Virus record (IMG/VR): IMGVR_UViG_3300047558_000077
Location: 108,365 to 172,364 of that record
Strand: one strand, 5' to 3'
Length of the DNA: 64,000 nt
Origin: a virus
Below, piece by piece: positions 23,720-34,561 of the stretch. The notes beneath the pieces were generated by a model, which saw only the letters and a list, made by a program, of their open reading frames with translations, was not told where the DNA came from and ran no database searches. Numbering within the stretch: the first letter of the stretch is position 1; each line of letters opens with the position of its first letter. The position numbers and the translations under genes were made by a program.

Positions 23720-23937
23720 TACATTCTTCTTCTGTTGATTTGAGACATCATGTTTTTATATTCTTGCTCTTGTTGCTTTGTTAAGTCTTCTTGTTCTCTT
23801 AACCACGCATTTAATAACTCAACATATATGTGTTTCTCCCATGGCATCATTCCGTCTATTTCACCAAGATTCCACTTATGATGATGTATAAGATTGAAGT
23901 TAGATTTGATATGGTTAGATAACGTATCATGACCCAT
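23719..23937 (-). CDS. gp51: Baseplate hub assembly protein gp51-like
   Basis: NF.LIHHHKW.L.EIDGMMPWEK.IYV; follows gp26. Confidence 0.85.
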   Translation of the reverse strand: MGHDTLSNHIKSNFNLIHHHKWNLGEIDGMMPWEKHIYVELLNAWLREQEDLTKQQEQEYKNMMSQINRRRM

Positions 23938-23939
23938 GA

Positions 23940-24662
23940 TTAGGTAAAAAAATCGTAGAACTCTGTATACCTCACATTATGATGAAAACCACATTTTGGG
24001 CAATCTGCTTCGATCTTTCCTGCTATTGTTGGAAACCTATCTACGTATGCTTCCAGCTTCTTATAGTTTTCTTCTGTCAATCCCTCGACAAAATCCTTTA
24101 GTTCATCTTGTGTGTAGTCTTTATATGAGTGCATACCACTCTTGTCGTATATGTAATCGATAGAACTGACGATGATATGCGTCTTCTTATCAATATCAGG
24201 CAGTTCTTCAATCTTTCTCATGATATCATAATTTGGATACCTCATTCTAACACCAGAGGCCGGACCCAATTTGATATCATCAAGCACACCATCAAACTTT
24301 ACGAGTTCAACGTTACCAATATCTACTTCTGTGACAAACTTATGGCCGCATGTGCTGTTATCTTCTAATGTGTTGTTACACGTTAAATTGACCGCAGCCG
24401 ACTCTCCGACAGACTTTGCTCTTAGAAAGATAAAGAGATAGTCGATATCAAAAAACGGTAACTTTTCTACATCAATATCATCTTGCACACAGTTATTAAT
24501 AACTTGTTTAACAGTGGCGATGATATCACTTGCGACTTTCGACTCAATTGCCATCAACAGTAATTTTTCTTCCTTGACTGTAAATGGTCTAACTTTGACT
24601 ACTTTGCCGTTTGATGGAATAGTAAAGTCATATGTTGGCAAATCAATCTTTGGTAAAGGCAT
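23940..24662 (-). CDS. gp26: Baseplate hub subunit gp26
   Basis: MPLPKIDLPTY...RPFTVKEEKLLL, FD.DYLF.FLRAKSVGE, CPKCG. Confidence 0.93.
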   Translation of the reverse strand: MPLPKIDLPTYDFTIPSNGKVVKVRPFTVKEEKLLLMAIESKVASDIIATVKQVINNCVQDDIDVEKLPFFDIDYLFIFLRAKSVGESAAVNLTCNNTLEDNSTCGHKFVTEVDIGNVELVKFDGVLDDIKLGPASGVRMRYPNYDIMRKIEELPDIDKKTHIIVSSIDYIYDKSGMHSYKDYTQDELKDFVEGLTEENYKKLEAYVDRFPTIAGKIEADCPKCGFHHNVRYTEFYDFFT

Positions 24663-24674
24663 AATAATACTCCA

Positions 24675-25268
24675 TTATAATAGTTCTGATCTTTCCCAAT
24701 ACTTATATGCAAATGCGACTTGCAGTCTTAGAACATCTTGATCTGCCCAGTTGACAGGTTGATCATTGATCAATGTTGGCCAGGCTCTAAGTAACTTCCA
24801 GCTATACGAAATAGTTGGAACAGGTCGTGTTGTTGAACCTACGTTTGGATTACCCCATTCTGTATACTGATAAATATTGATTTCACTATGATACGTATTT
24901 GGGTATCTAAAGTTGAAATTGTTAACTGGGTTTATATAATCCATCCAATCGTCAAAGAAACGTCTCTCTTTACTATCAGCACGACATATGAATGTAAGTG
25001 ATAGTGGTTGATACTCAGTATTCGTTGGTATCATTTGAGATGGACCATAATCACGTAACGTTGCTAGACTGAATCCACGGCCTGGCAAATCTGCTGTTTC
25101 GCAAAGATAATGTAAGTCTTTAGGATAGGTTCTTATTGCTTCTGGTGGTCTGATCGATACTATAAATCGACATGCCTTGGACACACTTCCTGCGGCATCT
25201 AGAACAGATTTAAATCTGTTTAAGTTTAAGTCTTTAAGACCATTTTGTTTTACTTGAATCTCTGCCAT
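24675..25268 (-). CDS. gp54: Tail tube initiator gp54-like
   Basis: CETADLPG, ERRFFDDW, AWPT...W, LQV.FAYKYW tube fold. Confidence 0.75.
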   Translation of the reverse strand: MAEIQVKQNGLKDLNLNRFKSVLDAAGSVSKACRFIVSIRPPEAIRTYPKDLHYLCETADLPGRGFSLATLRDYGPSQMIPTNTEYQPLSLTFICRADSKERRFFDDWMDYINPVNNFNFRYPNTYHSEINIYQYTEWGNPNVGSTTRPVPTISYSWKLLRAWPTLINDQPVNWADQDVLRLQVAFAYKYWERSELL

Positions 25269-25270
25269 TG

Positions 25271-26116
25271 TTAGTATCCGCTGTCTATGTCATACTGGCT
25301 AATAACACGCATTTCTCTGAATACCATTGTTAGCTGCATGTTAGTCGGTGCACCATTTTCAAATGTGCTGAAATCGCCTTGTTGTGCTACGTCAATATCA
25401 ATTCTTTCTAGAACACATCTACCAATCTTTGGTAAGTATTGATTTTCAGGAGCATTGCGGCCCTGACCGTTACTTGTGATTGAATGAAATGTAATGATAA
25501 ACTCAGCAGGCGGAATGAACCATAGACCTGATTGCAACTGTGATGCTTGCCCTGATGGGCTTTGAAAAGCACCACCAAACTCTAAAACACTATTCACAAA
25601 TCCTAATCCTGGAGGTACCGCAGAAATCTCAGGTGATGAATACTTTCTTAGCTGCTTTACAATTTCTTTAGCAGTTCTACTTTCTTTCTCTGATTGTGGT
25701 GCAAGAAAGAAAGTGAACGTAAATTTACGTAACTCTGTGTTACCATATAGAACGTCAACCTTGGGGTTAATTGTTCCGTATCCTGCTAGTCTGGCTCCTG
25801 TCAAAGCCGCACTTGATATTTTCTCAGCCGCTGCCGCAATCGCCTCTCCACCCGGAAACATTCTTGTCATGGCACCAACAACACCAACACCTAGCTTTGT
25901 TAACTTAACATCGTCATATTCGTGTGCTGCGGTCCATGTCAGAGGGCCACCATTCGAGTTACCACCTGGTATGAATAGCATGATTGTTGGTGGGTTTTTA
26001 GATGCTGACGCCTTGCTTGGTATAGTTTGTATCTTCATAAAGTGTCCTTGCTGACGAGTAGCAAGATCAGAAGGAAATACGAGTGGGCCAATATTAATGT
26101 CTGGTAACGTTACCAT
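25271..26116 (-). CDS. gp48: Baseplate tail tube cap gp48
   Basis: INP...LY...LRKFTFTF.LAPQSEKE, PPAEF, CVL..I, G.P...LTM.FRE. Confidence 0.85.
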   Translation of the reverse strand: MVTLPDINIGPLVFPSDLATRQQGHFMKIQTIPSKASASKNPPTIMLFIPGGNSNGGPLTWTAAHEYDDVKLTKLGVGVVGAMTRMFPGGEAIAAAAEKISSAALTGARLAGYGTINPKVDVLYGNTELRKFTFTFFLAPQSEKESRTAKEIVKQLRKYSSPEISAVPPGLGFVNSVLEFGGAFQSPSGQASQLQSGLWFIPPAEFIITFHSITSNGQGRNAPENQYLPKIGRCVLERIDIDVAQQGDFSTFENGAPTNMQLTMVFREMRVISQYDIDSGY

Positions 26117-26136
26117 TTATACCTCCGTGCTACATA

Positions 26137-26144
26137 TATTTAGT
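26137..26144 (-). promoter_or_regulatory. T4-type late promoter (ACTAAATA) for the gp48 operon
   Basis: TATTTAGT on the + strand, 20 bp upstream of the gp48 start. Confidence 0.65.
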
Positions 26145-26155
26145 GAGGTATCAGA

Positions 26156-26611
26156 ATGGCAAATAGTTACAAACAAGGTTTTTTTACTCCCAAGTTTCCA
26201 AATAAATATATCGGAGATCATAATAACATCGTCTATCGATCGGGATGGGAAAAAAGGGTTATGATTTCCTTAGATGAAAACGTTAACGTTATTCGATGGT
26301 CGTCAGAGGAAATCATCATACCGTATATCTCTCCTATTGATAATCGTCCGCATAGATACTTTGTTGACTTTTATGTAGAAGCCAAGGCACCAGACGGTTC
26401 AGTTAAGAAGATGTTGTTAGAGGTTAAACCAGCGGCACAGGTTAAACCACCGACTACTTCGAAACGAAAAACAAAACGATACATAACCGAAGTTATGACA
26501 TATGGTGTAAATGAAGCTAAGTGGAAAGCAGCCAGAGAGTTTTGCAAAGATAGAGGATGGGAGTTTCGAATAATAACAGAGGCCGAACTATTCAAAAAGA
26601 AGACTAAATAA
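26156..26611 (+). CDS. gp4: Head completion nuclease gp4 (TnsA-like)
   Basis: P.KY.GD...YRS.WE, W.SEE..IPY, HRYFVDF, EVKP, N.AKW.AA. Confidence 0.93.
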   Translation: MANSYKQGFFTPKFPNKYIGDHNNIVYRSGWEKRVMISLDENVNVIRWSSEEIIIPYISPIDNRPHRYFVDFYVEAKAPDGSVKKMLLEVKPAAQVKPPTTSKRKTKRYITEVMTYGVNEAKWKAAREFCKDRGWEFRIITEAELFKKKTK

Positions 26612-26615
26612 CTAT

Positions 26616-27146
26616 ATGGCAAAAGATTACACAAACGACGAATTAGCCGAATGGTTTAGAGATAAAGCTCTATCCACCAAAAATGCTGGGGTTATTCGTA
26701 ATAGAATATTAGATGCCTCAGAAAGACAAACTGACGTATCCGATAATTTTGTCGGCTCTATGTATTTCTTTCGCTATGATCCAAAGCATAAAGCGACACT
26801 ACCAATGTATGATAAGTATCCGCTTGTTATTGTGATTGATCGTTATAATGACGGTTTTCTAGGTTTGAACCTTCATTATCTGACACGAGGTCAGCGAGGT
26901 TCTATGGTGAGATTGTTTAATGACTTTTACACTAAGAGAAAGTTAGTCAATGGAATCATTTCTGGTTCAGCAAAGTCTAACTGGAACTTGATTCAATCAG
27001 CCACAACCGGTGTAGAAAGCTATTCAAGAGAATGTGTCAAGAGATATTTATACAATCACATTCGTAGTCAAATTATCAGAATAAACAAAGACGAATATGA
27101 TAAAGCAGTCCAGCTACCCATCGATGAATGGGTCATTAAAAGGTAA
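26616..27146 (+). CDS. gp2: DNA end protector gp2
   Basis: MYFFRYDPKHK.TLP.YD.YPL, GLNLHYL, KRYLY.H; late promoter ACTAAATA at 26603-26610. Confidence 0.93.
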   Translation: MAKDYTNDELAEWFRDKALSTKNAGVIRNRILDASERQTDVSDNFVGSMYFFRYDPKHKATLPMYDKYPLVIVIDRYNDGFLGLNLHYLTRGQRGSMVRLFNDFYTKRKLVNGIISGSAKSNWNLIQSATTGVESYSRECVKRYLYNHIRSQIIRINKDEYDKAVQLPIDEWVIKR

Positions 27147-27151
27147 GATTA

Positions 27152-27937
27152 ATGGTAGATGTATCGCCATATTTTGGTAACTTTCCAAAAATACAGTATT
27201 CAATCAGTGACGACAAAAACATTAAAGAGTCCGTAACGGATATCTTCAAACGCTTTGCCATCCTCAGAGAGATTATGAGCAATGCATCTTCTTATGTTCT
27301 ATACGAAGTAGAAGACGGAGAGACGCCAGAGATACTAGCTGAAAAGGTTTATGGTGATGCTGGCGCCGGCTGGATCATTCTATATGCCAATCAGATTATC
27401 GATCCACAGTTTGACTGGCCTCTATCCGAAACAAACTTTAGGAAATATATCATTTCAAAGTATGGTTCACTGTCCACAGCGCAAACCACATATCATCATT
27501 ATGAAAAAATCGTCGAAACGACAGTTGGCGATCAGACTTATACCAGAACTTATCTGATTAACAAAGAAAGACTTACGGAGAATGCTCCTGATGTCCCTTA
27601 TACTTACTTTGAACCATATTCCAATAACTTCTTTCTGACATGCGACACGACTAATGTGACCGCAGATAATGTCTATTTCACCGTAGATCATAACAATCAC
27701 TACTCATGGAATGACACTTCCGTATCTCAGTATTTTTCTTATGAAACCCATGATGTAAATGATAAGACGGTATTTTTAAATACATATGGTAAAGCAGTTA
27801 CTAATTACGACTATGAACTATTACTAAATGACAATAGAAAGTTTATTAAAGTTATTAAAGCAGCATACTATGCACAGATTATGAGTGAGTTTAAAGCACT
27901 AACACTAGGCGATCCAAGATACATAAGGAATTTCTAA
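27152..27937 (+). CDS. gp53: Baseplate wedge gp53
   Basis: YF..FP.I.Y, GETPE.LA.KVYGD, WIIL..N.IIDP.FDWP. Confidence 0.9.
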   Translation: MVDVSPYFGNFPKIQYSISDDKNIKESVTDIFKRFAILREIMSNASSYVLYEVEDGETPEILAEKVYGDAGAGWIILYANQIIDPQFDWPLSETNFRKYIISKYGSLSTAQTTYHHYEKIVETTVGDQTYTRTYLINKERLTENAPDVPYTYFEPYSNNFFLTCDTTNVTADNVYFTVDHNNHYSWNDTSVSQYFSYETHDVNDKTVFLNTYGKAVTNYDYELLLNDNRKFIKVIKAAYYAQIMSEFKALTLGDPRYIRNF

Positions 27938-27940
27938 AGT

Positions 27941-29209
27941 ATGGTTGATGAAAATGTAACAGGTCAAAACAGATTCAATCGAATTGACCTGACACAACAA
28001 AGTAATGATCCCAAATATCAAGTAACAGCGGCTGTCAGCATTGACGGAAGATTATTCCAAGATGTTACTCTTAAGGAAGTTATCATTGGCGAAAGTCTAT
28101 TGAATCCGTCAGCACATGCTGTGGTCACTCTACAGTCCGCTATGTATTTTCGTCCTCAAGATTGGGATTATTTTAGATGTCGTCCTCTTACAATCACAGT
28201 CAGTGATAATAGTAACAATGAAGCCAGGAGAATGACTGTTAATCAGGAGGTCTATCGCTGTGACAATAGAAAATTTACAACAACAAATACTGGTTCAGTC
28301 GAAGAACTAAGTCTTCACACTATCGATAAATCCATTCTTCGTGACGCAGAGACAATCTGGGAAAAGTCATGGAAGTGTTCAACACCAGCGCAAGTTGTTA
28401 AAGAAGCGTTGCAAAAAATCGGCGCAACGAATGTGAGAATAGAAAACAACACAGGACCTGGTCGCCCATACGTAGCAGAATCCATTCATCCATTGCAGGT
28501 CATTCAGCAACAGGCAAACGTTGCATTGCATAACGGAACTGATCCATCTTTTCTACACTACATGACGATTGAGGAACAAACTGGACGCAATGTTCATAAT
28601 TTCTATCCATTAGCAACACTAATGAAGAAAACACCGTATGACATATTTGCAGCGGATACTGCCGTTAGTGGAGGTGTTGGATTCTCGGACTCTTACGCTA
28701 ATTCGTTTGCTCCTAAGGCTCTTAGAACGGCTGTCACATTTAACTTTCCATGTGATTATGATGTCCTATCTGACATTCTGAATGGTATTGATTGCGGTGG
28801 TAAATATCTAAACGATGTTCGAACGTTTAATCTAGCATCTGGTGAGTTTAACTCAGCTAAGGGTGCATTGTCACAAGCAGCTAACATCTTTAAGACTCTT
28901 ACAAATCTAGGCACCGCACAACAGCAAAATAGCTGTGAAACTAATGTTGAAAAATATCTTCAAATGAGACAAGCAAGAATGGGATTGCTTGACAAGAATA
29001 AGATTGCTTTGCGTATTACAGTTCCGTGGTCGCCATGGCTACATGTTGGGCAGACAATTAACTTTATCTGGCAGAATAGATATGATCCAACATACAAACA
29101 ATATGGCTCAGGTAAGTATTTAATTCTACATATGACACATAATATTCAATACGGTGGTTATGCCACAACCACACTCGATTGCATTGCTAATACTTATGGA
29201 GGTCAATGA
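27941..29209 (+). CDS. Baseplate hub protein (gp27-like)
   Basis: Position between gp53 and gp5-like genes; C-terminal L.VG..I...SGKYLI...H hub motif. Confidence 0.55.
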   Translation: MVDENVTGQNRFNRIDLTQQSNDPKYQVTAAVSIDGRLFQDVTLKEVIIGESLLNPSAHAVVTLQSAMYFRPQDWDYFRCRPLTITVSDNSNNEARRMTVNQEVYRCDNRKFTTTNTGSVEELSLHTIDKSILRDAETIWEKSWKCSTPAQVVKEALQKIGATNVRIENNTGPGRPYVAESIHPLQVIQQQANVALHNGTDPSFLHYMTIEEQTGRNVHNFYPLATLMKKTPYDIFAADTAVSGGVGFSDSYANSFAPKALRTAVTFNFPCDYDVLSDILNGIDCGGKYLNDVRTFNLASGEFNSAKGALSQAANIFKTLTNLGTAQQQNSCETNVEKYLQMRQARMGLLDKNKIALRITVPWSPWLHVGQTINFIWQNRYDPTYKQYGSGKYLILHMTHNIQYGGYATTTLDCIANTYGGQ

Positions 29210-30870
29210 TGGCAGGTAAGTTTCCGGGACCAGATTCCAAGTTTCAGGTCTGCGTCGTAACAGATCAAAAGGCAGAAGATCACTCTGGTAATCAGGGCTG
29301 CTATTCACCAATTGATCATGGTGAAGGTGTAGAAATAGATCATCTTGCTCTCAATCCGATGCTTAGTTCACCAGTTGCATTCCTACAGCAAATCTTTCCA
29401 GGTGGACTAGATCCCGGCACATCCGTTGTTACTCTCAAGCAAGCTGGCGAACTTGGTGGTATTATTCTCGGACAATCTAATACTGTTAAAGGTGGCGGGC
29501 AGCCAACATCTGGTAAAAGTCTCGGTTCGGCGCAAAAAGTCTCACAACTTACTAATACAGAGCGTGAGATTAATATCGCTCCTGACGTTAAAGAAGTAGA
29601 AGAAAATGGCGTCAAGATTAGAAAGATCATCGAAAAAGGTATAGGCCATAAGCTAGACTTGCTTGATGGTCTACCTGTTCACGGTGCATTATTTGACATA
29701 GCTGGCTTTAGACTACCAGAAATCAAAAACGTTCCTACTGCTAAACAGACTAATGATGCTATGATGTCTGTTCAAAATCTACAGCAAATGATGGGACAGA
29801 TTATGTCTCTTGGACAAATGATCCAAGGACTAGCTGGTAATAAAGGCGGAGGTGGTGGAGCAGGCGGCTTTGGTGCTGGTTATACTCCGCCAACTACTGG
29901 TGTCTATACACCATATATTCCACCAGGAACCGAAGATGGTGCTGGTGGTGGAGAATATGGCGGTGGACTTGGCCCTAATATTGTTCGTGGCTTTGAAGCT
30001 GATTCGAATACACCACTACATCAAATTAATGAGGGACTAACACCTGCCATGCGCTCGGCAGTTAATAGTCTTAGCGTTCTATTGCAGGGATATGAAGCGC
30101 AAGATGGTGTAGCGTTTGTCACTGGCGATGTTGTTCACGAAGACACATATCTACAAAATGCTCAGGAATTACTAAGTCAAGTCACATCTCTTGATGATCT
30201 AATGTATGTGTTGCATCGTCTACAGTGGGACGATTCACTTAAAGGCACAGAGAAACTAGCCAACGTCAAGAATGAAATACAGACAGCTTGGGGTGTCGCT
30301 CTACAAGAAATTGACGTGGATGGTAATGTCATTATCACTTATGGTGCAGAAGATGCTAATAATGAATTAGACTTTGCCAATACAATGACCAGCAATACGG
30401 GTAGTCCTGCATTGGGCTATTTCGATGGTGATAATACAACCGACGTTTTCTATTCAATTAACTCTACTGGTGCAAGTCTCGGCTTTGATGCTCAGTCTAA
30501 TCTACCTGTTGGTCCCGGTGGCCCATCTGGCTCCGGTTCTGGTAATAACCCTGGTCAAGTCATCGGTCAGGTGCAAGGACTACTAGGCCAAATTCAGGGC
30601 CTAGCCCAAGGCATGAACCAGAATATGTTTGGTGAAGCAGCTGGCACAATGAAAGAAATGTGGAAGCGTATGACACGAGAACAAGAAAATGATGCCAAGA
30701 AAATGCACGAGAAATTAAATCAAGCACAAGACACACAGAAAATGACTCAGATTGTAGAAAAGACCGTCAAAGGCGGTAAGCCACTATCTACAGAACACTT
30801 TGATGAAAGCGCACTGGAAAGTGGTGCTGATATATCTAATTTCGGTGTATCATTTAATCCAAATCCATAA
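29206..30870 (+). CDS. Baseplate central-spike-associated protein (possible gp5 N-terminal OB part + extension)
   Basis: N-terminal PGTSVV...GGIILG resembles the gp5 OB fold; Gly- and Gln/Met-rich segments. Confidence 0.4.
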   Translation: MMAGKFPGPDSKFQVCVVTDQKAEDHSGNQGCYSPIDHGEGVEIDHLALNPMLSSPVAFLQQIFPGGLDPGTSVVTLKQAGELGGIILGQSNTVKGGGQPTSGKSLGSAQKVSQLTNTEREINIAPDVKEVEENGVKIRKIIEKGIGHKLDLLDGLPVHGALFDIAGFRLPEIKNVPTAKQTNDAMMSVQNLQQMMGQIMSLGQMIQGLAGNKGGGGGAGGFGAGYTPPTTGVYTPYIPPGTEDGAGGGEYGGGLGPNIVRGFEADSNTPLHQINEGLTPAMRSAVNSLSVLLQGYEAQDGVAFVTGDVVHEDTYLQNAQELLSQVTSLDDLMYVLHRLQWDDSLKGTEKLANVKNEIQTAWGVALQEIDVDGNVIITYGAEDANNELDFANTMTSNTGSPALGYFDGDNTTDVFYSINSTGASLGFDAQSNLPVGPGGPSGSGSGNNPGQVIGQVQGLLGQIQGLAQGMNQNMFGEAAGTMKEMWKRMTREQENDAKKMHEKLNQAQDTQKMTQIVEKTVKGGKPLSTEHFDESALESGADISNFGVSFNPNP

Positions 30871-30881
30871 GGGAATAGAAT

Positions 30882-32054
30882 ATGTCTAATACTGATGGCT
30901 CACAGGGATCCGGTTCAGTTTCTTTTCTTGAAGAACCTAAGAAGGAAACGCCTAAGAAGTGGAAACAGCCACATAAATCTGATGCACGTAAAGCTAAATC
31001 ATCTGGTAAGTATCCTGACTATTTCTCATGGAAGACTAGATCGGGACATGTATTACAACTAGACGACAGCAAAGGCGGTGAGACAGTCACACTACAGCAT
31101 CGTGGCGGTACAGCTATACAAATGGCACCCGATGGCTCTATGCATGTCACCGCACATAACGGTAAATATGAAATTACATTTGGTGAAGATCGTGTGACCA
31201 TATCCGGCGCACAGGATATCACAGTCAAAGGTGATGCATCGTTTCGTGTCTATGGCGACTATAATGTGACCTGCCAAAAAGATTATAATCTTACCGTGCT
31301 AGGTAATTTCAATCTAATGGCAAAGAACCACAATCGCCATATTCTCGGTAATATCGATACACAGGCCAGAAACGAGAATAAAAAACTTATGGGTTCGTCG
31401 GCCAAGATTGCTCGTGGTGCCATTGCTTATGTGTCGAAAGGTTCTGCAACGATTGCGTCTCAGTCTGATCAAATATTCCTAGGCGGTGCAGCGGGTGCTA
31501 ATCTCTGGGCTAAAAAGGGTAATATCACTCAGAACATCGAGGAACAAGGCAACTTTCATAGTGAAGCAAAAGATGGCGAGTATCATGTCAAAGCAAAGAA
31601 AGCCGTCAATGTCGAGTCGACCGATGAAAATATGAAATTTAAATCTAAGAAAGATATGGGTCTAGAGTCCGCTGATAACAGCATTCAAGTCAAGGCACAG
31701 CAAGATATTGGTCTAAGTTCAACATCCGGTGATATTCAAGCATCCGCAACAGGTGGTAATGTTGAAATGACCGCACAGTCTAAAATGGATCTTAGAGCCA
31801 CTGGAGATGCCTCTCTATCTGGCTCAACTACTCACGTTAGCGGCACAACAGTTCATGTCAAAGGATCGGCCACTACTAACATTGATGGTCCATCGGCACT
31901 TAATTTGAATAGCGGCACAAGTCAGCTAATGTCTGCTCTAGGATTACAGTTAAACTTTGATTTTGGACAAGCACAAGGTGAGACAGGAACATCAAGAGGT
32001 AGTCATGCACCTGATAGACCAGCAGGAAGAAACGAGGCTGACGAATGGGCATAA
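30882..32054 (+). CDS. gp5 C-terminal beta-helix spike protein
   Basis: YP...TRSGH..QLDDS.GGE...L.HRGGT...PDGS followed by V.G repeats. Confidence 0.8.
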   Translation: MSNTDGSQGSGSVSFLEEPKKETPKKWKQPHKSDARKAKSSGKYPDYFSWKTRSGHVLQLDDSKGGETVTLQHRGGTAIQMAPDGSMHVTAHNGKYEITFGEDRVTISGAQDITVKGDASFRVYGDYNVTCQKDYNLTVLGNFNLMAKNHNRHILGNIDTQARNENKKLMGSSAKIARGAIAYVSKGSATIASQSDQIFLGGAAGANLWAKKGNITQNIEEQGNFHSEAKDGEYHVKAKKAVNVESTDENMKFKSKKDMGLESADNSIQVKAQQDIGLSSTSGDIQASATGGNVEMTAQSKMDLRATGDASLSGSTTHVSGTTVHVKGSATTNIDGPSALNLNSGTSQLMSALGLQLNFDFGQAQGETGTSRGSHAPDRPAGRNEADEWA

Positions 32055-32079
32055 ATAATATGGACACCAGGGAACTAAA

Positions 32080-32484
32080 ATGGCACAGGTAAATATCAGC
32101 CGTCAACCAGATTATTCTGATCTTGATCTAGACTTTCAGATCAATCCGATCACCGGAGATATCAATAAAAAGAAAGGTGCGGATGCGGTCAAAAGATCCA
32201 TTCGCAATCTTATCTTTACTAGTTATTATGAGAGACCTTTTAACTCCTCTATTGGATCAGATATTCCTAAATTGCTATTTGACAATGTTGATATCGTCAC
32301 GGCATCATTGATCGAAGACGCTTTACGGAATCTAATAAATACATATGAGCCTAGAGTTCAGGTCAATAATCTGACTGTATATGCCGATGAGGACAATCAC
32401 GGTTTTAGTGTTATACTGGAATATGTCATTTTAAATACAGAAACACCGGCTACCTTTAATCTATTCCTGGAGAGGATTCGTTAA
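32080..32484 (+). CDS. gp25: Baseplate wedge gp25
   Basis: YSDLDL.F..NP.TGD, AVKRSIRNL, ERPF, YEPRV; CATAAATA at 32050. Confidence 0.95.
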   Translation: MAQVNISRQPDYSDLDLDFQINPITGDINKKKGADAVKRSIRNLIFTSYYERPFNSSIGSDIPKLLFDNVDIVTASLIEDALRNLINTYEPRVQVNNLTVYADEDNHGFSVILEYVILNTETPATFNLFLERIR

Positions 32485-32488
32485 TCTA

Positions 32489-34558
32489 ATGTCTAGAGCA
32501 AATACAACCCTAAGAGTAGCGGAACTAGATTTTAATACTATTCGCAATAATCTCAAGACATATCTAAACAGCCAGTCAGAGTTCTCAGACTATAACTTCG
32601 AGGGTTCTGGTCTTTCTGTGCTTTTAGACATTCTAGCCTATAATACATACTATAATGGCTTCTATCTCAATATGGTCGCCAACGAAGCATTTTTGGATAC
32701 TGCACAACTTCGTCAGAGTATTCTATCACAAGCCAAACTAATTAACTATTTTCCATCATCATCTCATGGCTCAGAAGCTATGATCAATATTAGAGTGACG
32801 CCTACTAGTTCTGAAAATCAGACAATTGATTATGTTGTCCTAGACAAATACACACAACTACTAGGTGCTGATATCGAAGGCACATCATATCCTTTTATCA
32901 CGATTAATTCAAATACAGCTTATAAGTCTAATGGGTCATTTTACTTTCCTAATGTTCGTATCAAGCAAGGAGAAGTAATTACGCAGCAGTTTTCTATGAC
33001 TTCTAATAATAAAACTGCCAGATTTGAAATTCCATCAGCCAATATCGACATTAGCACACTGACTGTCACCGTTCAGGAGTCTCCTTCTAACACATACACC
33101 GAAGAGTATTTGCATTCCGCTGATATCACAGAGATAACAGCTAATAGCCGCATTTACTTTATGGAAGAAAATGAAAACCTAAACTATACTCTACAGTTTG
33201 GCGATGGTATTCTAGGATATCGTCCAAAGATCGGCAACATTGTTATAACAACATATGTTGATACTCAAGGCTCAGAAGCCAATGACGTTTCTAAATTCAA
33301 TGTAGTCGATCCTATTGGCGTGTATAGAGGTAATGTAAGAGTTACCACCGTATCCAGTTCAAGATCAGGATCAGATAAAGAGTCGATAGAAACGATTAGA
33401 CTCAGAGCACCACAATATTACACAGCGCAAAATCGCTGCGTCACAACTCGTGACTATGAAGCTATTCTAATGAAGGACTATCCAAACATCGATGCCGTCT
33501 CTATTTGGGGTGGTGAGGATAATGATCCACCAGTTTACGGAAAAGTTTATATCTCTATCAAGACGAAAGGCTTCTATACACTCACAAATCTTGAAAAAGA
33601 GAATATCAAGACCAATCTGATTAAAGACAAGAATGTTGTCACGGTAACTCCTGTTATTGTCGATCCCGATTATATCTTTGTTACAGTTCGTGGTAAGATT
33701 TATTACAATCCATCTCTTACAACAAAGACAGCTAACGAAATCATGGATCTTGTCAAGCAGGCTGCATACAACTATGCCGATGTTGAGTTGAATACATATC
33801 GTTCAACATTTAAAAAGTCACGCCTACAAGGTTATATCGAGAGGGCTGACCCATCTATTACTGGTGCCGATATCGATATCTTTTTGCAGTCTCGTAAGCT
33901 AATCGATAGAACACAGAGTAGAAAATATACTTTCGACTTTAAGACTCCAATCGAAAGAGGCACATTTACAAATAAGCTATACTCTTTCCCACAGATTACT
34001 GTTACGGATAGCAGTCTTATTAATCGTAACGTCTTCTATGAAGAGGTACCAAACTCATTCACAGGTGTTGATGAAATTGAAATCACCAACCCTGGTCGTG
34101 ATTATACCTACGCTAATGTCGCTATTACTGGTGATGGTACTGGTGCCACTGCCGATGTGACCGTGGTCAATGGTAGAATTATCTCAGCCAGAATGACGAA
34201 TAAGGGTATTAATTATTCTCGTGCTATTGCCACGATCTATGGTGACGGTGTTGATGCTCTCGCTACGGTCACACTACAGGCCAGAGTCGGCACACTTAGA
34301 ACTTATTACTATGACAATCTCGGTAATAAGATCATCGTTGACGAAGAGGCAGGAACAATTGACTATAACACCGGTGAGATTGTTCTGGATAGTATCAGGC
34401 CAAGTGCGGTGGTCGCCAATGATTACTATGATACAGATATTCTAACTATCAATGTCGTAGCTGGTGAAGAAATTATTCCGCCATTGAGAAATCGTATTCT
34501 AACCATGGACGATAACAATATCCAGACGGTACAGCTAGAAATGGTAGCGGAAAAGTAA
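32489..34558 (+). CDS. gp6: Baseplate wedge gp6
   Basis: ELDF..I..NLK.YL...F.DYNFEGSGLS.LLD.LAYNTYY; QNR.VT..DY; WGGE.N.PP.YGKV. Confidence 0.96.
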   Translation: MSRANTTLRVAELDFNTIRNNLKTYLNSQSEFSDYNFEGSGLSVLLDILAYNTYYNGFYLNMVANEAFLDTAQLRQSILSQAKLINYFPSSSHGSEAMINIRVTPTSSENQTIDYVVLDKYTQLLGADIEGTSYPFITINSNTAYKSNGSFYFPNVRIKQGEVITQQFSMTSNNKTARFEIPSANIDISTLTVTVQESPSNTYTEEYLHSADITEITANSRIYFMEENENLNYTLQFGDGILGYRPKIGNIVITTYVDTQGSEANDVSKFNVVDPIGVYRGNVRVTTVSSSRSGSDKESIETIRLRAPQYYTAQNRCVTTRDYEAILMKDYPNIDAVSIWGGEDNDPPVYGKVYISIKTKGFYTLTNLEKENIKTNLIKDKNVVTVTPVIVDPDYIFVTVRGKIYYNPSLTTKTANEIMDLVKQAAYNYADVELNTYRSTFKKSRLQGYIERADPSITGADIDIFLQSRKLIDRTQSRKYTFDFKTPIERGTFTNKLYSFPQITVTDSSLINRNVFYEEVPNSFTGVDEIEITNPGRDYTYANVAITGDGTGATADVTVVNGRIISARMTNKGINYSRAIATIYGDGVDALATVTLQARVGTLRTYYYDNLGNKIIVDEEAGTIDYNTGEIVLDSIRPSAVVANDYYDTDILTINVVAGEEIIPPLRNRILTMDDNNIQTVQLEMVAEK

Positions 34559-34561
34559 TTA

